Positions 28,993-40,015 of a stretch of 42,638 nt of DNA are shown piece by piece. The stretch is taken from NCBI GenBank assembly GCA_034669905.1, contig JAXMOL010000062.1:1-42638 (forward strand), read 5' to 3'. The notes beneath the pieces are model-generated. The model was not told where the DNA came from. It worked only from the letters and a program-made list of their open reading frames with translations, and made no database searches. The DNA is from Candidatus Hydrogenedentota bacterium (GTDB lineage Bacteria > Hydrogenedentota > Hydrogenedentia > Hydrogenedentales > JAEUWI01). The number at the start of each line of letters is the position of its first letter. The stretch's first letter is position 1. A program made the position numbers and the translations under genes.

Positions 28993-30171
28993 ATGGAAAC
29001 CCCTGCCTGCCCGAATTCCAAAAACACCATGAGCCTGTTTGAACGTTACCTCACCCTCTGGGTCGCGCTCTGTATGATCGGCGGTATCATCCTGGGACGC
29101 CTGGCCCCTTCGGTGGCCACCACCCTCGATGGCATGACCCTCGATGTAAACGGCGCCCCCGTCGTCTCCATTCCCATTGCCATCTGTCTTTTCTTCATGA
29201 TGTATCCCATCATGGTGAAAATCGACTTCGGCGAAGTTGTTCAGGCGGGCAAAAGCACCAAGCCCGTCTTGCTGACGCTCATCGTCAACTGGGCCATCAA
29301 GCCTTTCACCATGTACGGCATTGCCCTCCTCTTTCTCGGCGGCCTGTTTAATGGCCTCATTGGGGCCGATGCCGTCGACCTCGTCAAGCTCCCCCTGGGA
29401 GTGGAAGGCGCCGTGGGCGACACCTATGCCGCGGGCACCATCGTGGAGTCCAATGGCGTCCGCATGCTGGAAGTGCCCCTGTGGCGGAGCTTCCTCGCCG
29501 GGTGTATTCTCCTGGGTATCGCGCCCTGTACCGCCATGGTACTGGTTTGGGGATACCTCGCCCGGGGCAACGACGGCCACACCCTCGTCATGGTGGCCAT
29601 CAACTCCCTCGCCATGCTGGTCCTCTTCGGGCTCATCGGCGGCTTCCTGCTCGATGTCGGCGAGCTCCCCGTCCCCTGGCAGGCGCTCCTGCTTTCCATC
29701 AGTGTCTACGTGGCCCTGCCCCTGGTCTGCGGTTACCTCAGCCGCAAGCTAATCCTGCGCGTCAAAGGGGAAAGCTGGTTTAAGGAACAATTCCTGCACC
29801 GCCTGACCCCCGTGACCATCGGCGCACTTCTGCTCACCCTGGTGCTGCTCTTTTCCTTCAAGGGTGATGTGATCCTGGCGAACCCCCTCATGATCCTGTG
29901 GATTGCCATTCCCCTCACCATCCAAACGGTCCTCATCTTTGCAGTGACCTTCGGGCTCGCGCGGCTTATTGGACTGAACTATCGGGATGCCGCCCCCACG
30001 GCCCTGATTGGCGCGTCCAATCACTTTGAGGTGGCCATCGCGACGGCCGTGATGCTCTTCGGACTCTCCTCCGGAGCAGCCCTTGCCACGGTGGTGGGCG
30101 TGCTCATCGAAGTACCCCTCATGCTCCTGCTCGTGCGGGTATGCCTCCGCAGTGAGCGCTACTTTGCCTGA
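28993..30171 (+). CDS. acr3: Acr3 arsenite efflux transporter
   Basis: [63 protein letters not shown] before ATG 28993. Confidence 0.95.
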   Translation: METPACPNSKNTMSLFERYLTLWVALCMIGGIILGRLAPSVATTLDGMTLDVNGAPVVSIPIAICLFFMMYPIMVKIDFGEVVQAGKSTKPVLLTLIVNWAIKPFTMYGIALLFLGGLFNGLIGADAVDLVKLPLGVEGAVGDTYAAGTIVESNGVRMLEVPLWRSFLAGCILLGIAPCTAMVLVWGYLARGNDGHTLVMVAINSLAMLVLFGLIGGFLLDVGELPVPWQALLLSISVYVALPLVCGYLSRKLILRVKGESWFKEQFLHRLTPVTIGALLLTLVLLFSFKGDVILANPLMILWIAIPLTIQTVLIFAVTFGLARLIGLNYRDAAPTALIGASNHFEVAIATAVMLFGLSSGAALATVVGVLIEVPLMLLLVRVCLRSERYFA

Positions 30172-33100
30172 GTATCCGCTTCCGGCTGGAGGTGCCGCAT
30201 CACCACGTTGAGCAGCACCTCCATCCGGAACGGCTTTTTCAATATTTCCCGAATACCTTCCGAATGGGCCTTTTCCATATCATCGCTGTCAATGACGCCC
30301 GTCGCCATGATGATAGGAAGTTCCGGCCGCAGGGCTCCCACCTTTCGGGCCAGATCAAGCCCATTCAATTTGGGCATGGTGTAGTCACACACCAGGAGGT
30401 CCACGCCTTCCGGGTCACCTTCCAGGGCTTCCAGAGCCAGCAGCGAGTCATTAAACACCTCCACCTCAAAGCCCTTACGCGTCAGCACCACCCGTGCGGC
30501 CGTTGTAATCGCCGTTTCATCGTCCACCAGCATGACCCGCCCCTTGCCAGGCCGCGTAGAATCCACCGTCGCTTCCGAAGGCAGCGACTCGACGGGAGCC
30601 TCGCACTCCGGCAGGTATACCCGAAACGTGGTACCCTCACCCGGGGCACTTTCGATATCGATTGCCCCCCGCATCCGGGACACGATACCGTGGACCGAGG
30701 AGAGTCCCAGCCCCGTGCCCTTGCCCACTTTCTTCGTCGTAAAGAACGGCTCAAAAATCCGGGCGAGATGATCAGGCGCAATGCCGCTGCCGGTGTCCTC
30801 CACCGTCAGACAGATGTACTTGCCCGCTCCCAGGGTGCCACTCCGGGTGGTCCATTCCGCGTCCAGGGTCTCCCGCGTCAGGGACACCGTGAGCAGGCCC
30901 CCCCGCTCTTCCATCGCCTGGTAGGCATTGGTACAGAGATTGGTCAACACCTGGTGAAGCTGCGTATCGTCCCCCAACACCCAGGCCGACTCCACCTGAA
31001 TGTGCTGCGCAATATCGATGGAGGCCGGTAGCGAACCCCGCATGAACACCAGGGCGTCCCGGGTCAACAGCGCCATGGAAATCGGCCGCAAAGTCGCGTC
31101 GGTCGCCCGGCTGAAGGTCAAAATCTGCCCGACCAGATGGCCCGCGCGATTGGCACCCCCTTCGATTTCCCGGATACAGGATGCCGTTTCGGGGTGGGCA
31201 CCCCCTTCGGACTCCCGCGCAATGTGGCAGTAGCCCAGAATCGATTGGAGGATATTGTTGAAGTCGTGGGCAATCCCACCCGCAAGGGTTCCGACGGCTT
31301 CCATCTTTTGCGCCTGAATCAATTGGCGCTCGAGGGCCAGCTCATGGGTGATATCGCGCTGTACCCCCACGTACTTCACGATACGCCCGTCTTCAAAAAC
31401 GGGGGAGATGGTTGCCCGCAGATTAATGGGCTTACCCCCTTTGTGGTGGCTTACATATTCACCCTGCCAGGTCTTCCCGGCGGCCAGGGCTTCCCACAGG
31501 GATTCATAGAAGCCCCCCTCCTTATTACCGCTATGAACGATGGCGGCGGGCTTCCCAATCGCCTCCTCCCGCGTGAACCCGGTAATCCGTTCGTAGGAGG
31601 GATTCACATACTGAATGGTGCCCGTCGTGTCGGTAATCATGATGGATTCGGCCACCTGCTCAATCGCCGCCGCGAGATCGCGCAACTCCGTCTGCCGCTT
31701 GCGCTCCTCCGTTATGTCTATCGAATGGCCCACAATCCGCACGACGTTTCCATTCCCATCGCGTACCGGCATAAAGCTGGACGCGAAGGTACGCCCCGGC
31801 ACCTTCCCGGCAGGCTCGAATTCGAAGGGCACATAGGAACCGGAGAGGGCATGGGCAAGCCCCCGGGACACCCGACTCTGATCCTTTTGGGCCACCAAAT
31901 CAAGATAGGCCCTCCCCCGCACCTCGGACTCGTCGTTGGCATCCAGCATCGCCAGACCCGAGGCGTTTATCGACAGCAACTGCCCTTCCAGATCGATCTC
32001 ATGCAGACAGAAAGGCAGCTTCTCCACGAGTGAACGGTAACGGGCCTCGCTATCCCGCAGCTGACGCTCCGCACGAACCCGCTCCGTCACGTCCTGCACG
32101 GTCCCATGCAACCCGTTCACCTTCCCGTCCTTGTCGTAATTGGGGCTCGCATGGGTCAGAAAAAAGCGGCGCTCCCCACTTTCGAGATTGGAACGAAACT
32201 CAAACGTCATCGGCGTGCCACGGCGCAGGCAAGTCCGTATCGCATCCTGGTAACCCGCCCGGTCGTCCGGGTGGGTAAATTGCAGGTAGTTGTGTTGTGT
32301 GGGCACAAACGTTTCGGGGTCCACACCCAGCATGCGGTACATTTCCGCCGACCAATATAATTCGTCTTCGCCGAATTGCACCTCAAAACTGCCGGTCTTC
32401 GAGATCTCCTGGGCTTCTACCAGTCGATTTTCACTTTTCTCCAGGGCGGCCAGCGCTTCTTTTCGTTCGGTGATATCCGCGATGATACCGACCATCCCCG
32501 TGACTCTTCCTGCGGCATTCCGCTCGACCAAGCCTCGGATGGCATGCCAATGGGTCGTACCATCCGGCCACAGGCACCGATACTCGGTCTCACACTGGGA
32601 CCCCGACAGGATGGTGTCGCGCAGCAGACGGCGCACGGCAACCCCGTCTTCGGATAGGGGCAAATCAAAGAAGCGCTGGTACTGGGTAGGGAGAGCCTGG
32701 GGCGACAAACCGAAGAGTGCCGCCGTGTTTTCGGAGTGCGTAATCTCGCCCGTCGCCGTATTCCACTCCCACACGCCAATCTGACTCGCCTCTGTCGCCC
32801 GCCGAAAACGCTGGTCACTCGTTCTGCGGCTCGCCTCGGCAACCCGACGCTCGTTCTCGATAAGCACCAGTGCCCCCAAGACCAGGGTTCCCAGCGGATA
32901 CAAGCCCCCTATCGGGACAAGCACCCCCTGGAAGGTCGGAAGCGCCAGCGCAGGCGGCAACAAGAAGGTGGACGCCAGGGAGGTGCCGGAGGTGAGAATC
33001 CCCAACACGGCCAGGTGTCGATAACCAACACGCTGCCCCGATCGCCGTAGATAGAAGGCCAATCCCCCCCCGATGAGCAACCCGGCCAGCACCGACGCAA

Positions 33101-33503
33101 CGCCTCCCGGTGCCCCCACGCCCCCCAGATAGAGGCGCAGTGCACAAACGGGAACGGCCGCAACAGAGCCCGCCAGAAAGCCCCCGAAAAGTGTCGCCAG
33201 CGAGACCAGCACCACGCGACTGTCCACAATTACACCCGGCGAAAACTCCACCGGCGATAGCATGCCCAGGCACGCCACCAACCCGAACAGGGCCCCCAGG
33301 AGAATCCGGTGCGTCACCCCGGAAAGCTCGCGAACCCGATTGTGGATCCAGCTGAGCACCAGAATCAGGGCCAGCACGAGGGCCATGTTCTGTCCCAGCG
33401 CGGTTAGAATCTCGAGGAAACGATGCAAATTTTTCCCTAACCTGGAATCCAAAAGCGGTTGGCAGGTTGCACGCAGAATGGCTGAACCCGCTCTACTGGA
33501 CAC
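30159..33503 (-). CDS. Hybrid sensor histidine kinase: LytS/YhcK-type 5TM receptor, four PAS domains, HisKA, HATPase, REC
   Basis: GVIVDSR 5TM-LYT motif; PAS/PAC ends (ADITER, QDVTER, IDITEE, RDITHE); [38 protein letters not shown] receiver. True start probably about 33428. Confidence 0.93.
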   Translation of the reverse strand: MSSRAGSAILRATCQPLLDSRLGKNLHRFLEILTALGQNMALVLALILVLSWIHNRVRELSGVTHRILLGALFGLVACLGMLSPVEFSPGVIVDSRVVLVSLATLFGGFLAGSVAAVPVCALRLYLGGVGAPGGVASVLAGLLIGGGLAFYLRRSGQRVGYRHLAVLGILTSGTSLASTFLLPPALALPTFQGVLVPIGGLYPLGTLVLGALVLIENERRVAEASRRTSDQRFRRATEASQIGVWEWNTATGEITHSENTAALFGLSPQALPTQYQRFFDLPLSEDGVAVRRLLRDTILSGSQCETEYRCLWPDGTTHWHAIRGLVERNAAGRVTGMVGIIADITERKEALAALEKSENRLVEAQEISKTGSFEVQFGEDELYWSAEMYRMLGVDPETFVPTQHNYLQFTHPDDRAGYQDAIRTCLRRGTPMTFEFRSNLESGERRFFLTHASPNYDKDGKVNGLHGTVQDVTERVRAERQLRDSEARYRSLVEKLPFCLHEIDLEGQLLSINASGLAMLDANDESEVRGRAYLDLVAQKDQSRVSRGLAHALSGSYVPFEFEPAGKVPGRTFASSFMPVRDGNGNVVRIVGHSIDITEERKRQTELRDLAAAIEQVAESIMITDTTGTIQYVNPSYERITGFTREEAIGKPAAIVHSGNKEGGFYESLWEALAAGKTWQGEYVSHHKGGKPINLRATISPVFEDGRIVKYVGVQRDITHELALERQLIQAQKMEAVGTLAGGIAHDFNNILQSILGYCHIARESEGGAHPETASCIREIEGGANRAGHLVGQILTFSRATDATLRPISMALLTRDALVFMRGSLPASIDIAQHIQVESAWVLGDDTQLHQVLTNLCTNAYQAMEERGGLLTVSLTRETLDAEWTTRSGTLGAGKYICLTVEDTGSGIAPDHLARIFEPFFTTKKVGKGTGLGLSSVHGIVSRMRGAIDIESAPGEGTTFRVYLPECEAPVESLPSEATVDSTRPGKGRVMLVDDETAITTAARVVLTRKGFEVEVFNDSLLALEALEGDPEGVDLLVCDYTMPKLNGLDLARKVGALRPELPIIMATGVIDSDDMEKAHSEGIREILKKPFRMEVLLNVVMRHLQPEADTQAK

Positions 33504-33584
33504 TGGATGGTGCCGCGTTCCAATGCCACCCCATCAGTTTATCGCGTAATCCATCAATTTACCAGTGCACACGTACGGTGCGGG

Positions 33585-34829
33585 CTATCGGCCGGGCCAC
33601 CAGACGTTGGTGGCCTGGGTCATGGCCTGAACACGGGACGGCTCGCTGCCCGCAAGATCGGCTTCTTCGTGCGGATCTCCCGTGATGTGATAGAGCTCGG
33701 GCTGACCTGCTTCTACGGCGGGCAGGATAAGCTTCCAATCCCCTTTCACCATCCAACGATACTGAAGACTACTCGCGGGCTCGTGAATATCCACCGCATC
33801 ATGGGCGAATACCTCACCGAATATCGCCTCACGCGCGGTGGGAGGGCCCTCCAGCAGACTGACGCCCGGGAGATTGGCCGGCATATCCACACCACAGGCC
33901 GCCAGGATGGTCGGTATCAGATCAAGGCTCAAGACCGGCGTGGTCGTGTCCTTCCCCGGGGCAATCTTGCCGGGCCATTTCAGGATGATGGGTGTGCGCA
34001 AGCCCCCATCATAGGGAGAGCGCTTACTCTTGGGTGCGAAAGCCTGCCGGTCTTCCCGCTGAATCCAGCCATTGTCCGTTACATACACCACAAGGGTATC
34101 CTCGGTCAGCCCCCGGGCCTCCAGCAACCCCAGTAGTTCCCCACAGGTTTCATCAAACCATTCACACATGGCCCAATACTTCGCCACGTGCTCCGAACGT
34201 CCCTCGGCACGATACTTCTTCAACAGACGCTCCGGTGGATTGTGGGGGGTGTGAGGCAGAAACGGCGCATACCACAGGAAGAATGGCGTGCCGTCGGTTT
34301 CATCGAGAAAGTTCGTGATGGGTGCCAGGCCCTTCCGGCCAATCTCCAGGCCCTTGTCCCCGTGACGGCCGCCCCGCGTCGTGTCACCGTGGGTCATCCC
34401 GTGGGTGAAACCGCCGCGCGTATAGTTCCCTTCCCACCACTTGCCGGACTGGTGGGACACATAGCCCTTCTCCCCGAGCAAGTCGGCCAGCGTGGTCGCG
34501 GCGTCGATGTGGGCCAGCATGAGGTTTCGGTCCGTGCCCTTCGGCGGGTCGTTGGATGTAATCTTGTGCTGGTGGGGATACAACCCGGTGGCAAGACTCG
34601 CCAGGCTGGGGCGGCACAGGCTGGCCGGCACATAGCCCCGGGTATAGGTAAAGCCCTGGGAAGCCAGTTTATCGATGTGGGGCGTCTGAATGGCCTCATG
34701 CCCCATAAAACTATAGTCACCCCAGGCCTGGTCATCGCTGATAATCATCACCACATTGGGTGGTGCCGCTGACGCAAGACCGGCCAGGCTGAGTGCACAC
34801 AAACAAAGAAGCAATTTTAAATAGGACAT
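33585..34829 (-). CDS. Secreted formylglycine-type sulfatase
   Basis: PPNVVMIISDD, TPHIDKLA, LCRPSLASLATG, GKWW, PHTPH, TDNG, KRSPYDGGLRTP, ELYHITGDPHE; GGAGGA RBS before ATG 34829. Confidence 0.92.
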   Translation of the reverse strand: MSYLKLLLCLCALSLAGLASAAPPNVVMIISDDQAWGDYSFMGHEAIQTPHIDKLASQGFTYTRGYVPASLCRPSLASLATGLYPHQHKITSNDPPKGTDRNLMLAHIDAATTLADLLGEKGYVSHQSGKWWEGNYTRGGFTHGMTHGDTTRGGRHGDKGLEIGRKGLAPITNFLDETDGTPFFLWYAPFLPHTPHNPPERLLKKYRAEGRSEHVAKYWAMCEWFDETCGELLGLLEARGLTEDTLVVYVTDNGWIQREDRQAFAPKSKRSPYDGGLRTPIILKWPGKIAPGKDTTTPVLSLDLIPTILAACGVDMPANLPGVSLLEGPPTAREAIFGEVFAHDAVDIHEPASSLQYRWMVKGDWKLILPAVEAGQPELYHITGDPHEEADLAGSEPSRVQAMTQATNVWWPGR

Positions 34830-35007
34830 GGAATTTCCTCCTCGGTTAAACCCGGCCATCATACCCCAAGCAGCCGCGGAGGATAAATCCGCCCGCGCCC
34901 CCACTGTCCGGTCACCTGTCCATTTGTGATCATTTCGGACCAGTCGATATACTGCCCCACGACGTGACCCCACCCCAGCCGACCTTTAAAGGACCGATTT
35001 ACACATC

Positions 35008-36009
35008 ATGGAAGCTCCGGTTTCACACGACGGTCCCGCGCCAGCGCTCAGCGTCATCTGCCCCATGTTTAATGAAGGGGCCGACATCCAGCAGAATCTG
35101 CGCGCCTTACTGGAGGCCCTGAATCGTCTGGAGACATCGTGGGAGCTACTCATCATAAACGACGGCAGTACGGACGACAGCGCTGAGCAAGTGGCCGCGC
35201 TGGCCGAATCCGAGCCCCGCCTCCGCCTCCTGGGCTACCCGCGCAACCGGGGCCGGGGCTATGCACTCCGCCTGGGCTTCAAACACGCCCGGGGCGCAAC
35301 CCTCATCACGACCGAGTCCGACCTGAGCTGGGGCCCGGACATTGTAGAGAAACTGCTGGCCGGCCTGGAAGCACAAGATTGCGACATGCTCGTCGCCTCA
35401 CCCCATGGCCCCGGAGGCCGTCTCGAGAACGTGCCCGCCAATCGGGTCTTCCTCAGCCGGGTGGGCAACAAGATTCTCCAGCATGCGACCCAATCGCCCA
35501 TCACCATGTTGAGCGGCATGACCCGCGGCTATCGCCGCCACGTCATCGACGCCCTCTTTCTGGAGCAAGACGGCAAGGAAATCCACCTCGAAATCATTTC
35601 CCAGGCCGATGCCCTCGGCTTTCGTATTGGCGAAATTCCCGCCGTACTCCGATGGGCACCCCCCAAACCCGGTGTGGCCGCGCGCAAATCGAGTTTCAAC
35701 GCGCCCCGCTATATTTACTCCCACATCATGTTTACTTTCGGACAGGCCCCCTTCCTCCTCATGGGAAGCGCCGGACTCTTCAGTATGTTCCTCGGGGCGG
35801 CTCTCATGCTCTTCCTGGCCTACCAGTCCATCATCCTGGGCATAAACGCCGGGGGACGCCCCCTGTTGATCATCGCCCTCTTGCTCATCGTAAGCGGCGT
35901 GCAATTTCTCCTATTCTCCTTCAGTGCGGGCCAGCATGTGCAACTGCGACGACTGGTGGTTCAGTTGCGCAACAAGGTTATGAATCAGGATCGCCATCAT
36001 GAGGACTAG
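35008..36009 (+). CDS. Glycosyltransferase family 2 (polyprenol-phosphate type) with two C-terminal TM helices
   Basis: LSVICPMFNE, INDGSTD, NRGRGYAL, TESDLS; hydrophobic C-terminus. Confidence 0.9.
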   Translation: MEAPVSHDGPAPALSVICPMFNEGADIQQNLRALLEALNRLETSWELLIINDGSTDDSAEQVAALAESEPRLRLLGYPRNRGRGYALRLGFKHARGATLITTESDLSWGPDIVEKLLAGLEAQDCDMLVASPHGPGGRLENVPANRVFLSRVGNKILQHATQSPITMLSGMTRGYRRHVIDALFLEQDGKEIHLEIISQADALGFRIGEIPAVLRWAPPKPGVAARKSSFNAPRYIYSHIMFTFGQAPFLLMGSAGLFSMFLGAALMLFLAYQSIILGINAGGRPLLIIALLLIVSGVQFLLFSFSAGQHVQLRRLVVQLRNKVMNQDRHHED

Positions 36010-36160
36010 TGGTTTGATTCAAGCAGATGGGCCATTATTACGGCAACCTGAATTACCTAAATTACTGAGGATTACTCCCCTCCTTGGAGGGGAATTCAAT
36101 ACCAATCTTTCCACAGGTTCCAGAGCGCTTAAATGTCCGCAATTATAATTCACACCACGA
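36007..36160 (-). mobile_element. MITE-like element copy 2 (154 bp)
   Basis: Reverse complement of copy 1 lacking about 81 bp of the internal palindromic insert; begins at the TAG stop of the GT2. Confidence 0.75.
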
Positions 36161-36206
36161 GCAGCAACGCACGGGGGTATACACCCCGGAATCCCGGTAG
36201 ATTCCC

Positions 36207-38378
36207 ATGAAGGTATTGACCCAGAATTTCAAAAACGGGGCCCTCAGCGTGGACGAGTACCCCATGCCCACCTGTCCCGCCAACGGCGCCCTGGTGGCCA
36301 CCACCTGCTCCGCCGTGAGCCTGGGCACGGAGCGCGCCGTGTATCAGCTCGCCAAGTCCTCGCCCTGGCAAAAGGCCCGGAAGCGCCCCGACCTCGTCAA
36401 GCAAGTGTGGAATCGGGCCAAGAATGACGGCCTCTTCAACACCATCAGCGTGGTCCGCAATCTCATCAGCAGCCCCGTGCCGCTGGGCTACAGCAGTTGT
36501 GGCGTGGTGCTCGAACGGGGCTATCGCTGCGAAGGATTCGAGCCCGGTGATCGGGTCGCCTGCGCCGGCTTCGAATTTGCCAATCATGCCGAAGTAAACG
36601 CCGTCCCCCACACCATGATGGTAAAAATCCCCGACGGCGTCACCGACGAAGAGGCCTGCTACGCGACCGTGGCCAGCGTAGCCCTCCAGGCCCTGCGGCT
36701 CTGCCACATCCAATCGGGTGACCTGGTCCTCATCATGGGCATGGGCCTCCTCGGCCATTGCACCGCCGCCCTCGCCACCCTCCAGGGGGCCGTGGTCATC
36801 GGCTTTGACCCCAGTGAGGCCCAGGTAAAATCGGCGCGCGCCTATTGCCCCACCGGCCACTTCTTTGCCGACACTACCGCGTTGAAACAACGTTTTCAGA
36901 CCCTCGGTGGACGGGGCGCGGATCACAGCCTTGTTTGTGCGTCCAGCGGCTCCAAGGCCCTCTTCACCACCGTGGGCGAAGTCACCCGAGACCGGGGCGA
37001 AGTGGTCGTGGTGGGTGACGTAGAGAGTGCCCTGCCCCGTCGCCTCTACTATGAAAAAGAACTCCAGGTGAAATTCGCCCGCGCCTATGGGCCGGGACGC
37101 TACGACAGCACCTATGAACAGGACGGCCACGACTATCCCTATGGTTACGTCCGGTGGACCATGCAGCGGAACATGGGCGAAATTTTGCGTCTGGTTGCCG
37201 CGAAGCAATTTCAGATCAGCCCGCTGGTGACCCACCGCTTTCCCATCGCCGACGCCGACGCCGCGCTCAAGCCCCTCTTTGAAGGGGAAGGCGAGCGGGC
37301 CATGGCCATCGTGTTGGAATACCCCGGCTTCACCCGTGCGGACGACCGCCCCATCCCCCTCGCAACGCCCCAGGCCAAGTCGACCAACGACACGCTGAAA
37401 GTGGGCCTCATTGGTGCAGGCCGTTTTGCCCAGGGCATCCTCATCCCCGCCTTTCGCGCAGCCGGTATTACGCACTTCACCCGTGTCGCCACCGGCCGGG
37501 GACTTTCCGCCGTGAGTGCCGGGAAAAAGTTTGGTGCCGCCGAAGCGGTCTCCCGCGCCGAAGACGTCATTGACGACCCCAACTGCAATGCCGTACTCAT
37601 CACTACCAACCACGGGGAGCATGCCGCCCTGATTGAAGCGGCCCTGAAGGCAAACAAACACGTCTTTTGCGAAAAGCCCCTCTGCCTCAATCTCGACGAA
37701 CTGGCGCGCGTCGAAGCCGCCGAGGCCGCGAGCAGCGCCACGCTCATGGTGGGCTTCAACCGGCGCTACTCCCCCTTTATCACCGCGCTGAAAGATTTCC
37801 TCTCCTTCTCGGAAGAACCCGCTCTCCTCCTCTATCGCATCAACGCCGGAGCCCAGCCACCTGATCACTGGGTCCACGACGAGCACGATGGCGGAGGCCG
37901 CATCATCGGCGAGACCTGCCACTACCTCGACGTGGCCCAGTTCCTCTTGGACGCCCAACCGCTCCGCGTGCAGGCGACGGCCCTCACCGGACAGAACGCG
38001 TCACGCACCTACTACGATTCCGTGACCCTCGTGGTCCAATTCGAAGGCGGCAGCACCGCCACCATTATCTTTGCGGCAAACGGCGACACCACCTTTCCGA
38101 AGGAGTATCTGGAGGTGCACCGGGCAGACAGCAGCGCCTTCCTCCACAACTACCGCAAGCTGGTGGGCAAGGGCCCCCAGGGCCGGTTACGCAAGCGCAG
38201 CTTCTCCCAGCAGAAAGGCTTCGAAGAAGAAGCACGGGCCTTTCGCGATGGCTGTGCGTCAGGCATCGCACCCATCTCCATGGCCGAAATGAGCGCCGTG
38301 ACCCGCCTCACCTTCGCCGCCATGGACTCCCTTCAGACCGGAGAGCCCGTGTGGCTTTCCAAGGAAGCGGCGGAATGA
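36207..38378 (+). CDS. Bi-domain oxidoreductase (MDR/Zn-ADH-like + Gfo/Idh/MocA)
   Basis: VSLGTE, PLGYS, GDRVAC, HAE, GMGLLG, YGPGRYD..YE..YVRWT; second domain IGAGRFA, HVFCEKP, VGFNRR, GGRIIGETCH. Confidence 0.93.
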   Translation: MKVLTQNFKNGALSVDEYPMPTCPANGALVATTCSAVSLGTERAVYQLAKSSPWQKARKRPDLVKQVWNRAKNDGLFNTISVVRNLISSPVPLGYSSCGVVLERGYRCEGFEPGDRVACAGFEFANHAEVNAVPHTMMVKIPDGVTDEEACYATVASVALQALRLCHIQSGDLVLIMGMGLLGHCTAALATLQGAVVIGFDPSEAQVKSARAYCPTGHFFADTTALKQRFQTLGGRGADHSLVCASSGSKALFTTVGEVTRDRGEVVVVGDVESALPRRLYYEKELQVKFARAYGPGRYDSTYEQDGHDYPYGYVRWTMQRNMGEILRLVAAKQFQISPLVTHRFPIADADAALKPLFEGEGERAMAIVLEYPGFTRADDRPIPLATPQAKSTNDTLKVGLIGAGRFAQGILIPAFRAAGITHFTRVATGRGLSAVSAGKKFGAAEAVSRAEDVIDDPNCNAVLITTNHGEHAALIEAALKANKHVFCEKPLCLNLDELARVEAAEAASSATLMVGFNRRYSPFITALKDFLSFSEEPALLLYRINAGAQPPDHWVHDEHDGGGRIIGETCHYLDVAQFLLDAQPLRVQATALTGQNASRTYYDSVTLVVQFEGGSTATIIFAANGDTTFPKEYLEVHRADSSAFLHNYRKLVGKGPQGRLRKRSFSQQKGFEEEARAFRDGCASGIAPISMAEMSAVTRLTFAAMDSLQTGEPVWLSKEAAE

Positions 38379-40015
38379 CCGCGACGGAAAAAGTATCGGA
38401 TCTCTTTGCGGATCCCATGTTGATGCACATGCCCCGGCTCTTGAGCCAGGTGGACCGCAACCCCCATTCGCCCACCTATGGCTGTTGTTGCCGCAATCAC
38501 TGGCACTACCGCATTGAAGACATTGCCAACGCCCAGATGCAGGAAATGGTGCTGACCTTCGCCCTGGTCTGGAAATGGGATCACCCCCATAACCCTTTTT
38601 ACCAATCGCCCATGCTCCTGGAATGGATCGAGGCCATCCTCGCCTTCACCCTCCGCATCCAGCGGCGCAACGGCTGCTTTGATGAAGTCTATCGCGGACA
38701 GGATTCCTATGCCGCGACGGCTTTCGTCACCTTCTATATTTCTGAAACGGTGCTGCAACTCGGCGGCAATCTCACGGGCAGCCTCCGCCAGGCCCTTGAC
38801 ACCATGTTGAATCGGGCGGCAGGCTGGCTCGCCCGCACCGAAGAGCATCTCGCGGGCAACCAGGTTTCGGGTGCCGCAGCGGCCTTCATGAATCTCGCCG
38901 CCCTCGACCCCGGCAGGGGCTATGAAGAAGGTCTCAGCGACCTCCTGGAAACGCTCGACACCCTCCAGACCGACGAAGGCTGGTTTCCCGAATATGGCGG
39001 CGCCGACGTGGGCTATGCCTCCCTCACCCATACCTATCTGGTACTCCTCGCCCATCGCACGAAAGACGCACGCGCACGGCGCATGGCCGACCGCAGCGCC
39101 ACCTTCCTCCAGCATGTACTCCATCGGGACGGCACCGTGGGCGGCATCTACGGCAGCCGTAACACCGCCTACTTCATCCCCGTCGGGGCCGTCCTGGATC
39201 GCAACGCCAACGACCCCAGCGCACGGCTTTACCATTTTCTGTTGACCCACCTCGATTCGGGGGCCCACGCCGTCATTGCCGAATGCCTGGACGACCGCTA
39301 CCTGGCCTACCTGAGCCCCTTCTATCTCCTCGCCGCCCACGCCGCCCGGGGACTGCAAGCGGGCGACGCAACGGCCCCTCCGACCTTGACGGGGGCCCAT
39401 CACCTGAAACAGGCGGGGCTCTGGTGTGTCGAAGAAGCCGACTACAAACTGATCGCCAATCTCCGTAAAGGCGGCGTGTTCCACCTGGATATGGGCGAGA
39501 ACGCCTTTGTGGATTGTGGCTACTTCGGCGATATTCCCGACGGACAGGTGGTCACGACCCAATTCCTGGACCCCCACACCAACATCAACCTGGAAGAAAA
39601 CCGCGCGCGCATCACGGCCCACTTGGTGGTCAACAAACCCATCACCATCTCCCCCTGGAAAAACATTGCCGTGCGGTCCTTCAACCTCCTCGTGCCTGCC
39701 CTGCTGCGCCGACGCTTCCTCGACTTCCTCCGGGGTCGTGCCGTGAGCGCCGGAGAATCGGTGGGCACGGTACTCCGCGAAATTGTGGTCACCGAAAACG
39801 CCGTCGAAGTGACGGACCACATCAAGGTGGACGAGCCGGTGCTCAATCTCGTGCTGCAACTCGAAACCGAGCGCGCCTTTTCTTTTGCCTCCACCGGATT
39901 CTTTGAACCGCAGGAACTCTATCTTGACGAAGGCGTCATCCCCATTGACCTGGCGGGTGGCCCCCTGACCCTCCGTCGGCGCTACACCGCCGAAGGGATG
40001 CTGGTCATCGAATGA
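38375..40015 (+). CDS. Uncharacterised protein, possibly alpha/alpha-toroid (heparinase/terpene-cyclase-like repeats)
   Basis: ATGA-coupled at both ends; IQRRNGCFDE, LQTDEGWFPEYGGADVGY and HRDGTVGG repeats. Confidence 0.75.
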   Translation: MTATEKVSDLFADPMLMHMPRLLSQVDRNPHSPTYGCCCRNHWHYRIEDIANAQMQEMVLTFALVWKWDHPHNPFYQSPMLLEWIEAILAFTLRIQRRNGCFDEVYRGQDSYAATAFVTFYISETVLQLGGNLTGSLRQALDTMLNRAAGWLARTEEHLAGNQVSGAAAAFMNLAALDPGRGYEEGLSDLLETLDTLQTDEGWFPEYGGADVGYASLTHTYLVLLAHRTKDARARRMADRSATFLQHVLHRDGTVGGIYGSRNTAYFIPVGAVLDRNANDPSARLYHFLLTHLDSGAHAVIAECLDDRYLAYLSPFYLLAAHAARGLQAGDATAPPTLTGAHHLKQAGLWCVEEADYKLIANLRKGGVFHLDMGENAFVDCGYFGDIPDGQVVTTQFLDPHTNINLEENRARITAHLVVNKPITISPWKNIAVRSFNLLVPALLRRRFLDFLRGRAVSAGESVGTVLREIVVTENAVEVTDHIKVDEPVLNLVLQLETERAFSFASTGFFEPQELYLDEGVIPIDLAGGPLTLRRRYTAEGMLVIE

